Positions 57,136-64,000 of a stretch of 64,000 nucleotides of DNA are shown here, piece by piece (positions within the stretch are counted from its first letter, which is position 1; each line of letters opens with the position of its first letter). A program made the position numbers and the translations under genes. Below the pieces are notes generated by a model, which saw only the letters and a list, made by a program, of their open reading frames with translations, searched no databases and was not told the origin of the DNA. The stretch is from Escherichia coli (lineage in GTDB: Bacteria; Pseudomonadota; Gammaproteobacteria; Enterobacterales; Enterobacteriaceae): the NCBI GenBank assembly GCA_022969815.1, contig GCA_022969815.1_4535.1; one strand, 5' to 3'.

Positions 57136-57405
57136 ATGTCAGAAGGTATCGCCTTAATCAAGGCAAAAGTTAAAGAGATGGAAGCATCACAACAGAAGTT
57201 CCGCAACGAGATTGAAGAACTTTGTGAGCAGTTCCAAGAACAAGCGTGGATCGGTGATTACGGGAATGGGGAAACTTATTACCCAACAGGAACAAACGCA
57301 GAAGAACATTACCTCACCTATATCTGCGGAGACTATGATGTTGAGATTGACGAAAACGGTCTGATGACCCAAGGTCTTTGGGTGTCTTCCTCGGAAATGT
57401 GCTAA
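57136..57405 (+). CDS. small protein, paralog family member 3
   Basis: AAGGAGGG RBS; C-terminus QGLWVSSSEMC. Confidence 0.5.
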   Translation: MSEGIALIKAKVKEMEASQQKFRNEIEELCEQFQEQAWIGDYGNGETYYPTGTNAEEHYLTYICGDYDVEIDENGLMTQGLWVSSSEMC

Positions 57406-57413
57406 TAAATAAT

Positions 57414-57436
57414 AACCCGCTTCGGCGGGTTTTTTA
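57414..57436 (+). terminator. rho-independent terminator
   Basis: CCCGCTTCGGCGGG hairpin followed by TTTTTT. Confidence 0.55.
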
Positions 57437-57447
57437 TTGTGTGAGTG

Positions 57448-57476
57448 TTGACAAGACACGAAGAACCTGGTAGACT
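57448..57476 (+). promoter_or_regulatory. sigma70-like promoter
   Basis: TTGACA - 17 nt - TAGACT. Confidence 0.5.
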
Positions 57477-57504
57477 TGTCTCATCAACTAAGAGAGGAGG
57501 ATAT

Positions 57505-58449
57505 ATGAAAGTATTAATCGGTAGTCGTGCGTTGGAAATGATTTGTCGTTCTCGTGGTGTAGAACTGTATCGTGCTTGCGTAGATCTGGATTACCTCTGC
57601 ACTGAAGAAGAGTGGCAAGCAGAAGCCCAGAAATTCTCGAAAGATCGTTTCGTGGAAATTGTTGAACGTAAAGGTAACAAAGGGCATATCAAAATGATCG
57701 CGGGTGCTCATCTGGAATACGATATTGCTCAACCAGGGGATTCTACAGAAGCATTGATCGAATACATTAAAGAGAATGCAGATCATCTGCCACATATTGG
57801 TTACGATGTGGTTGCACCTTTGGATGTTTTGTATCTCCTGAAAATGAGTCACCGTTTTAAGAAGGACAGTCCTCACTTCCTGAAAACAATGAAGGATATC
57901 CACTTCATGCGTAACCTTGGAGCGAAGATCCCTGAAGAGTTGGAAGATACATACAAACTGCGTCAGAAGGAGTCCTATAATTACGGGCACCCTAATCTGA
58001 ACGTGAAAAGTAAAGATTTCTTCAAGGGTGATGAAGTGCCTTATGTGTATGATCACGATACCATCCATGAAGCTGTTGCCGTGTTGGGTGATCCCGCTTA
58101 TAAATCATACATGAAAGACGATAGCGAAGTGATGACCAGTAAAGAGAAGTTCTTTGCACAACCTAAACATATCCGTTTGCTGGGTGTTTACGAAGAAGCT
58201 TGTGTCCTGGCATTAGAGCGTTCACAGATCCCGTTTGGGGAAGATGTAGATGGTCCAACTCCTAAACAAAGTTTTATGATGGCTTTATCCAAAGTTTGTA
58301 CCTCGATCACCAGTGGATGGTTTCGTGAATATGCCTGGGAAAACTTCCAAGTTGTGGTAAAACTGTATGAGCAAATGGGCCAAGATGATTACGTGGCACG
58401 TTTTAAAGCAAATCTTCACATGGTGAAACCTTACGAAGGAGGTTATTGA
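57505..58449 (+). CDS. hypothetical protein
   Basis: GAGAGGAGG RBS before ATG at 57505; 314 aa. Confidence 0.5.
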   Translation: MKVLIGSRALEMICRSRGVELYRACVDLDYLCTEEEWQAEAQKFSKDRFVEIVERKGNKGHIKMIAGAHLEYDIAQPGDSTEALIEYIKENADHLPHIGYDVVAPLDVLYLLKMSHRFKKDSPHFLKTMKDIHFMRNLGAKIPEELEDTYKLRQKESYNYGHPNLNVKSKDFFKGDEVPYVYDHDTIHEAVAVLGDPAYKSYMKDDSEVMTSKEKFFAQPKHIRLLGVYEEACVLALERSQIPFGEDVDGPTPKQSFMMALSKVCTSITSGWFREYAWENFQVVVKLYEQMGQDDYVARFKANLHMVKPYEGGY

Positions 58450-58450
58450 T

Positions 58451-58849
58451 ATGGGTTGGTGTGATCAGTCACAAAGTTACTTCAAAGTAACACATGTGGA
58501 TCTCAATAAAGCAAGAGTGAAGTTGTTGAGTATTGAAAAAGAAACAGCAGCTATTGACAAACGCCTCCGAGAGAGTAAAGTGGTAATCACTTCTTGGTTC
58601 GGACTGAAACGTAAAATCCTTACGCAGCGAGAGCATGTAATTAAAAATATGCATGGTTGGGCTTGGTTCCACGACATGGCAAAACACTTGGGGTACATTT
58701 CTACTGAAGAACACGACCTCTTGGAGCTACGTTATCGCCTTCCAGATGTAGAAGATTTAGACTTGTGGATCAGTTCCGAACAAATCTTCTTAACCGAGAG
58801 CGATTGGAAGAAAGTCAATATTTGTCTTAAATGGAGGGAGAATGAGTAA
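58451..58849 (+). CDS. hypothetical protein
   Basis: GAAGGAGG RBS. Confidence 0.5.
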   Translation: MGWCDQSQSYFKVTHVDLNKARVKLLSIEKETAAIDKRLRESKVVITSWFGLKRKILTQREHVIKNMHGWAWFHDMAKHLGYISTEEHDLLELRYRLPDVEDLDLWISSEQIFLTESDWKKVNICLKWRENE

Positions 58850-59525
58850 AGTAGTTTTATCAACATTTGATGGATCTGGAATCATGGTACTTCGTTACGC
58901 AGAAGCAGGGCATAAATGCTACTGTGTAAATGCTGACGAAGGTGATCACGGGGCTTATGAAGTTCGCATGGAACATCCTAACATCACTTACGTGAACGCA
59001 TGGATTGATTCCAACTTCAACCCTGAAGATTACGGTATTCCTAAGCCAGATATTATCTTTGGCTTCCCTCCGTGTACCATGCTTGCTGGTTGCGGTAGTA
59101 AGCACGAACGTAGCGCAGAAGAATTGGAAGAAGCTTTGGCTAACATTCGTATCGTGGAAGCTTTAGGAAATAAATACAACGTTCCGTGGATGATTGAGAA
59201 TCCAGTGGGTAAACTGTCAACATTGTGGCGTAAACCGGATTTCTATTTCGATCCTTACGAATATGGCGGATATCTGTTTGATGAAGAAGGCAGCTTCCAC
59301 CCTAAAATGCCTACCCGCGACGGTTACACAAAGAAAACCTGTATTTGGCATGGCAATGGTTTTGTTAAGCCTGTGAAGAAGCCTGTGGAACATATTGGTT
59401 GCTTCTGGGGCTGGAAAAGTTTAGGCGGAGCAAGTGCGAAAACAAAACAACTCCGATCGTTAACTGCTCGCGGTTTTGCTCGTGCTGTGTTTTTATCTAA
59501 CAACCTTTTAGATAAGGAGGAATGA
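58842..59525 (+). CDS. DNA cytosine-5 methyltransferase-like protein (minimal), putative
   Basis: LSTFDGSG (motif I-like FxGxG), GFPPCTML (motif IV PC), ENPVG (motif VI ENV-like); only 227 aa. Confidence 0.4.
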   Translation: MSKVVLSTFDGSGIMVLRYAEAGHKCYCVNADEGDHGAYEVRMEHPNITYVNAWIDSNFNPEDYGIPKPDIIFGFPPCTMLAGCGSKHERSAEELEEALANIRIVEALGNKYNVPWMIENPVGKLSTLWRKPDFYFDPYEYGGYLFDEEGSFHPKMPTRDGYTKKTCIWHGNGFVKPVKKPVEHIGCFWGWKSLGGASAKTKQLRSLTARGFARAVFLSNNLLDKEE

Positions 59526-60190
59526 TGACCCATTTAAAACCTTTTGGTGGAAAACCTATTGTGGCGTATCAAGTAGATCGTGATGATTGGGAAGGCAGTG
59601 TAGTTGTCTTTGGTAATCATTTCTTTGCTGTGCGTCGTAAAGGCGCAAGTATGTTGGATTGTGAGGAGGAGTATTGTCATGTCTCCCGCGCCAAAGAATT
59701 CGACCAGTATGCAGAAAAAGGTTTTGTGCCTGTCAAAGCTTTACTGGAGGCAGGATGGTGGATACACTCTGCTCATGATGGTGTTAGACTTGACGAGTCT
59801 GTAGATAATCTTGAGGCAGATTTTGACGAATGGGAAGATGGCATGTATGTTGAGGAGGATCTTGTATTTTCCCTTGACGAGAAAAGTGTGTGGAAGAACT
59901 GGGAAGAAATGGAACGTCACGCGCATTTTATCAACAACGCTTTGATTCGTAAAGCCTGGTTCACGGAGGCGGTGAAGATAGCGTATCCGCAATTCACCTT
60001 TACAGAGGTTTGGGGCGGTCCCCACCACATCACCCATACAGCATTTTTCGACTTCCCTGGTTCACGTTACAAAGGTAATGTAATGTGGGACTGGGATGAG
60101 AATGAAGTACCATCTGTTCAAGACTTTCGTTGTTATGTTTGCCAAGGCGATCAAGAAGCCCTTGACAAATACCTGCAAAGTCTGGTATAG
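59522..60190 (+). CDS. hypothetical protein
   Basis: AAGGAGGA RBS. Confidence 0.5.
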   Translation: MMTHLKPFGGKPIVAYQVDRDDWEGSVVVFGNHFFAVRRKGASMLDCEEEYCHVSRAKEFDQYAEKGFVPVKALLEAGWWIHSAHDGVRLDESVDNLEADFDEWEDGMYVEEDLVFSLDEKSVWKNWEEMERHAHFINNALIRKAWFTEAVKIAYPQFTFTEVWGGPHHITHTAFFDFPGSRYKGNVMWDWDENEVPSVQDFRCYVCQGDQEALDKYLQSLV

Positions 60191-60204
60191 TGCAAGCAAC
60201 TGAA

Positions 60205-60236
60205 CAAAGCCTCCTTTTCAGGGGGCTTTTCTTTTA
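60205..60236 (+). terminator. rho-independent terminator
   Basis: AGCCTCC...GGGGGCT hairpin followed by TTTTCTTTT. Confidence 0.45.
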
Positions 60237-60247
60237 TGGGAGGAAAT

Positions 60248-60742
60248 ATGTTTCAAGTAGAAATTCATGTGCACGACAGTTGTTCAAATTGCGAAACTTG
60301 TGGTTACAATAGTTCAACCATGATCACTATTAGCGGAGACTTAGGACATGCTAAGTTTGGCGAAGTCGCAAGCTGCTTCGGCGGAGAGGATGCAGATTGG
60401 CATGATATTGCTTTGTGGCTATGCGGAAGACTGAATGTAAATTGTAAAGACTTCCCTGAACTGTTGAGCCGAAATCTTGTCGATAGTCGGGAACAAGCCT
60501 ACAATATTTATGCCGCTTCTGTTTATGTTGATCATAAATGGGTAGAAGATGAAGAAGCTGAACGTTTGCTACGCCTCTACTATGAAGCAGAGGAAGCTTA
60601 TGATAACTATTACAGCATGTCCAACATCCTGCGTTTGTTTGCAGAGTTTGATATTTACTTTGAAGTGAGTTATTCTGAAGATGAAGTGTATGATTTTGAT
60701 GACGATGATTACGAGGAGGATGAAGAATGCCAAGACGATTAA
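60248..60742 (+). CDS. hypothetical acidic protein
   Basis: GGGAGGA RBS before ATG at 60248; very acidic C-terminus. Confidence 0.45.
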   Translation: MFQVEIHVHDSCSNCETCGYNSSTMITISGDLGHAKFGEVASCFGGEDADWHDIALWLCGRLNVNCKDFPELLSRNLVDSREQAYNIYAASVYVDHKWVEDEEAERLLRLYYEAEEAYDNYYSMSNILRLFAEFDIYFEVSYSEDEVYDFDDDDYEEDEECQDD

Positions 60743-61530
60743 TAGTGATCAGCGGCGCTGGTCTAAGCGCCGATAGCGGTGTACAAACATTCCGTACAGA
60801 AACAGAGAGTGGAAAAGCCTTATGGGACGAGTACGATTTAGAGGAGGTTTGTAATATTGGGGCATTCCAGGCAGGTTATCGTAGACGTACATGTCCCGAT
60901 TTACCTGTTATCGGAGGTGAGGATGAGGAAGGATACAACCTCTACAACAAGACCCATGATTTCTATAACAAGCGTCGTATAGAGTTGGATAATATAGATC
61001 CAAACGCTGCACATCGTCTGATTGCTCGTTTATACTCAGAGTATGGCGCTGATCGTATTTTAAACATCACCACTAACGTGGACGATCTTTTGGAACGTGC
61101 TGGTGTTGTTCACGAAGATGTTCTGCATGTGCATGGCTACCTACCAGAAATTGTAGTGGATCGGAAGTTTATTAAAGAAATCGGTTATGCAAGTGTGGAT
61201 GTGGATAAGTACGATTACGTGAAACCTAACGTTGTCTTCTTCGGGGAATCTGCTCCGCTGTACACAGAGATGTACCATATGCTCGATAATCTCACATCTC
61301 AGGATATGGTGATTGTTGTAGGTTGCTCTAATCAAGTGATCAACTTCAACTGGGAGTTGTTCCCAGCCCTCAATACAGGAACAAAGATGGTCGTAGTTAA
61401 TCCTGGGGTTAATTACGAAGAAACACTTCTCTATGAAGATCGTGGAGTTTTTGTTTACCGAGAAAAAGCTGCAACAGCCTTCAGTAATGAAGGTTTCATT
61501 AAAATGATCGAAGACCACTTAAACAAATAA
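60727..61530 (+). CDS. Sir2-family (sirtuin-like) NAD-binding protein lacking the zinc ribbon
   Basis: VISGAGLSADSGVQTFR, ITTNVDDLLERAG, HVHG, KPNVVFFGES, VVGCS parallel sirtuin catalytic blocks; no CxxC...CxxC Zn module. Confidence 0.55.
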   Translation: MPRRLIVISGAGLSADSGVQTFRTETESGKALWDEYDLEEVCNIGAFQAGYRRRTCPDLPVIGGEDEEGYNLYNKTHDFYNKRRIELDNIDPNAAHRLIARLYSEYGADRILNITTNVDDLLERAGVVHEDVLHVHGYLPEIVVDRKFIKEIGYASVDVDKYDYVKPNVVFFGESAPLYTEMYHMLDNLTSQDMVIVVGCSNQVINFNWELFPALNTGTKMVVVNPGVNYEETLLYEDRGVFVYREKAATAFSNEGFIKMIEDHLNK

Positions 61531-61536
61531 ACCAAC

Positions 61537-61562
61537 CAAGGGGCTACGGCCCCTTTCTTATT
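61537..61562 (+). terminator. rho-independent terminator
   Basis: AGGGGCTACGGCCCCT hairpin followed by TTCTTATT. Confidence 0.5.
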
Positions 61563-61573
61563 AGGAGATTACT

Positions 61574-61846
61574 ATGCAACAAGAAACTTTCGATTTTTAT
61601 CTCGCCAATTATGTCTACTACTTCTCTAATGGTACACAGAAAGGGGAAGGCAACCTTTATCTGGCTACCAACACTGGAGCAGGTGTTCGTAAAGCCAATA
61701 TTGATTTAGCAAGAGAAACAGTTCGTTCTGGACTGGAAGAGACGCTTGAAACTCCGGTTGTTGTGGTTATACAAACTATCAGTTACCTTGCAACCTGTAC
61801 TAAAGAGGATTTTGAGGCTCCTCAAACACAATCTAACGAAGCATAA
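61574..61846 (+). CDS. hypothetical protein
   Basis: AGGAG RBS; last plus-strand gene before convergent terminator. Confidence 0.5.
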   Translation: MQQETFDFYLANYVYYFSNGTQKGEGNLYLATNTGAGVRKANIDLARETVRSGLEETLETPVVVVIQTISYLATCTKEDFEAPQTQSNEA

Positions 61847-61882
61847 AAGAAAGGCACCCAAGTGGGTGCCTTTTCTATTTTA
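61845..61882. terminator. bidirectional rho-independent terminator
   Basis: AGGCACCCAAGTGGGTGCCT hairpin flanked by A-rich and T-rich runs between convergent genes. Confidence 0.55.
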
Positions 61883-61915
61883 GAGCGTCTCTGTGTGATT
61901 TAAGGGGGTTCTCGG

Positions 61916-62146
61916 CTATTTGTGAAGTGCTCTCTCGTACAACTCAATAATCAACTCGTCTTCGGCAGTAATACGGGCCATTTGATCTGTCTTCAGGATT
62001 GCTGGTTGGTAATGATGCATTTCACTGCTCAAGATACACTCCCACTCATCTTCCCCTACTCTCTCACCTACGTGAATCTTCACAGGATACCAGAAAGGAT
62101 TGTCCACCAGGAATGCCATACAACCTTCTTCGATTTTGCTCAACAT
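61916..62146 (-). CDS. hypothetical protein
   Basis: AAGGAG RBS upstream of ATG at 62146. Confidence 0.45.
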   Translation of the reverse strand: MLSKIEEGCMAFLVDNPFWYPVKIHVGERVGEDEWECILSSEMHHYQPAILKTDQMARITAEDELIIELYERALHK

Positions 62147-62169
62147 AGTAATCTCCTTTGTTCAGATAT

Positions 62170-62192
62170 GAAAAAACCCGCCGAAGCGGGTT
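62170..62192 (-). terminator. rho-independent terminator or attenuator
   Basis: ACCCGCTTCGGCGGGT hairpin followed on minus strand by TTTTTT. Confidence 0.45.
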
Positions 62193-62236
62193 CATGTGCT
62201 GCGGTAGGATCAGTATCCTACAACAAGAATTGTTTG

Positions 62237-62521
62237 TCAACGTTTAGAGTAGAAAAACTCCTCGTATTCTGATCGTGTGACTATTGCTGGGCGACCTTTA
62301 GTGCCGAAGAAGTTTGCGCTTGGGCCTTGTGCCATACCTTTATTGAACAAGCAGTAATCCCCACGCATATAAATCCCAGAGAATGTTTCAACAACATCGT
62401 ATTTGCCAACGCTGGAGAACTTAATTTCTCCATCTGCATCTCGAACTGCGATCACAGCTTGTTCAGGCCATTCTTCGTTGAGAGCTTTAAGACCGTTGTA
62501 AACTTCTTGTACGAGTTCCAT
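62237..62521 (-). CDS. hypothetical protein
   Basis: AAGGAGG RBS upstream of ATG at 62521. Confidence 0.5.
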   Translation of the reverse strand: MELVQEVYNGLKALNEEWPEQAVIAVRDADGEIKFSSVGKYDVVETFSGIYMRGDYCLFNKGMAQGPSANFFGTKGRPAIVTRSEYEEFFYSKR

Positions 62522-62530
62522 ATTACCTCC

Positions 62531-62704
62531 TTAAAGTACGATTTTTTCTTCGTCTGGTTTGTCATAATTTGGAGAGTAGACATGTGAAGGGTTGAAACCC
62601 TTGAAGCTACCACGTCCTTTACGAGGACAGTTGAAAGTACGAGCCTGATGATCACCGAAAGACTTACCACAATGCACACATTTGAAGTTGGTAACTTTAT
62701 TCAT
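62531..62704 (-). CDS. hypothetical zinc-finger protein
   Basis: AAAGGAGAAG RBS before ATG at 62704 (MNKVTNFKCVHCGK...); CxxC...C motif. Confidence 0.45.
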   Translation of the reverse strand: MNKVTNFKCVHCGKSFGDHQARTFNCPRKGRGSFKGFNPSHVYSPNYDKPDEEKIVL

Positions 62705-62759
62705 GTTCTTCTCCTTTAGGTTAATAGGCTGCACCTATTAAGATGCAGCTTTTGATAGA

Positions 62760-62861
62760 TTATTTAGATGAGTCCAGAATATCTTTTACTTTGGCGATGA
62801 TAACATCTTGATACTTATGGATGTGATATCCTACTACTAAACCTACGATAAATGCAATCAT
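62760..62861 (-). CDS. hypothetical small membrane peptide (33 aa)
   Basis: GGAGAAAATA RBS; hydrophobic MIAFIVGLVVGY; below ORF-track cutoff. Confidence 0.25.
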   Translation of the reverse strand: MIAFIVGLVVGYHIHKYQDVIIAKVKDILDSSK

Positions 62862-62877
62862 TATTTTCTCCTATTAT

Positions 62878-63459
62878 TTAAAATGAAGCTTGCACTGGCA
62901 TATCGAACCAGTAGAAAGATTGCGCCTGTTGCGGCGTAACTTTGCTATTGGTTGCTACAGCCAACACTCCAACATTGATACCTATCTGATCGTCGTCGAT
63001 CTTATAATCTGAAGACCAGAGCTTAAGAGTCAACGGTGTTTTTCCAACGAGAAGATCAAGTCCTGCGTTTCCCCAGAGATTCACTTCAATCGCCTCGTCT
63101 TGAGATACATCTTGCTCTACTTCCTGTAGTTTGTCAAACACTTTCTGCACATCTTTTGGGTTAAGACGGATACTGTGCAGATAGTCAAACATGTTCACAA
63201 AATCTTGTGCTCGTTTTGTGTTTTTAGATACAGGATGAAGACAGTGTGGCACTAACGGCGACACACGAATATACCCGCCCTCATCATACCAACGCACAAT
63301 AAACACGTCTCGACTTGGCTGACGGTCTTTCGCTAAGATCGTAACTTCTTGACCCTCTTCAATGGATGGGTAGTCTGGATCATACGCTGATGCACCATAG
63401 ACCAAAGCTATGTGTCCAACATCCAAAGGTGTTTTTCCGTCCCAATAAGTTGTTTCCAT
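62878..63459 (-). CDS. hypothetical protein
   Basis: AGGAGGG RBS upstream of ATG at 63459. Confidence 0.5.
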   Translation of the reverse strand: METTYWDGKTPLDVGHIALVYGASAYDPDYPSIEEGQEVTILAKDRQPSRDVFIVRWYDEGGYIRVSPLVPHCLHPVSKNTKRAQDFVNMFDYLHSIRLNPKDVQKVFDKLQEVEQDVSQDEAIEVNLWGNAGLDLLVGKTPLTLKLWSSDYKIDDDQIGINVGVLAVATNSKVTPQQAQSFYWFDMPVQASF

Positions 63460-63467
63460 TTTCCCTC

Positions 63468-63731
63468 CTAAATAAGATCTGTGAAGTAGTGAATAACTTC
63501 AATATTATGGAAAAGCGTTTTACGCTCTTTTGTGTATTCTGTTGTCGTGACAGTCACCTTAGCCACCCCAAAATCTTTCATAGGGAACGTGGGTGCCTCT
63601 TTCAGAATATTCTGTACTGTTTGAATGGCTTCAAATTCTGTCTCCCAATAACTGAAGTAACCTTCGTCGTCCGTGACGAGATTCCTGCCTTCCAAGTTCA
63701 CGAAACAATAAAACTCTCGCGGTGTTGTCAT
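63468..63731 (-). CDS. hypothetical protein
   Basis: 87-aa ORF with start overlapping upstream stop. Confidence 0.45.
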   Translation of the reverse strand: MTTPREFYCFVNLEGRNLVTDDEGYFSYWETEFEAIQTVQNILKEAPTFPMKDFGVAKVTVTTTEYTKERKTLFHNIEVIHYFTDLI

Positions 63732-63886
63732 TCCACCTTCTCCAGAGCTTTCTTGAAGAATGTGGCATGTAATAGATGACCCTCTGCATCAAACCATGTC
63801 ACTTTACAGGAGTCCCCGTAGTCCTCTGTGACGGTCATGATAACGGCTTCCCCACGTAAGGTTACAACATCACCTACTGTAATCAT
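63728..63886 (-). CDS. hypothetical small protein (52 aa)
   Basis: GGAGGA RBS; ATGA overlap with upstream gene. Confidence 0.35.
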   Translation of the reverse strand: MITVGDVVTLRGEAVIMTVTEDYGDSCKVTWFDAEGHLLHATFFKKALEKVE

Positions 63887-64000
63887 AAATCCTCCGGTGT
63901 GCCAGCACGTAAAGCAGCTAAAGGTTCAGCCACAGCTTCCAGGGCAGCTTCAATCTGATCTTCAATCACATCACGAACCATTGCAATACGCTCATCGATA
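63883..64000 (-). CDS. hypothetical protein (partial, N-terminus beyond window end)
   Basis: Open minus-strand frame running off the window end, terminating at TGA overlapping the next ATG. Confidence 0.35.
   Translation of the reverse strand, partial: IDERIAMVRDVIEDQIEAALEAVAEPLAALRAGTPEDL

Noticed and set aside
1-64000. Integrase, repressor, transposase or attachment site indicating a prophage or other integrated element
   Set aside because: No tyrosine/serine recombinase or transposase motifs recognised and no flanking host-like genes; the window looks like a virulent-phage genome segment. This is a by-eye judgement only.

Overview
This window reads as part of a tailed-phage genome (contractile-tail, myovirus-like) with three modules. 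(1) 1-21,455, minus strand: late virion/packaging genes, including a P2/Mu-like baseplate block, a tape-measure gene that appears to be interrupted by an ORF-less group I intron, tail assembly chaperones with a -1 frameshift site, tail tube and sheath, head genes, portal, and a large terminase whose Walker A P-loop appears to be split by a 159-aa mini-intein, followed by an overlapped spanin pair. (2) 21,569-24,473, minus strand: a cluster of at least 11 tRNA genes driven by a sigma70-like promoter, with an embedded HNH endonuclease gene and long repeat-containing spacers. (3) 25,848-61,846, plus strand: about 75 tightly packed early/middle genes with strong Shine-Dalgarno sites, sigma70-like promoters and stem-loop terminators. 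These include class Ia ribonucleotide reductase (nrdA/nrdB), a glutaredoxin-like protein, a ThyX-like protein, a complete dTDP-L-rhamnose pathway (rmlB-rmlA-rmlC-rmlD), a T4-type lysozyme, PhoH, two DNA methyltransferase-like proteins, two metallophosphatases, a flap endonuclease, a DnaQ-like exonuclease, a WGR-ligase-like protein, an HslV-like protein and a Sir2-like protein. Minus-strand genes resume at 61,916-64,000. All calls come from reading the sequence and ORF translations by eye; no database search was run, so product names are motif-based and coordinates of RNA features are approximate.
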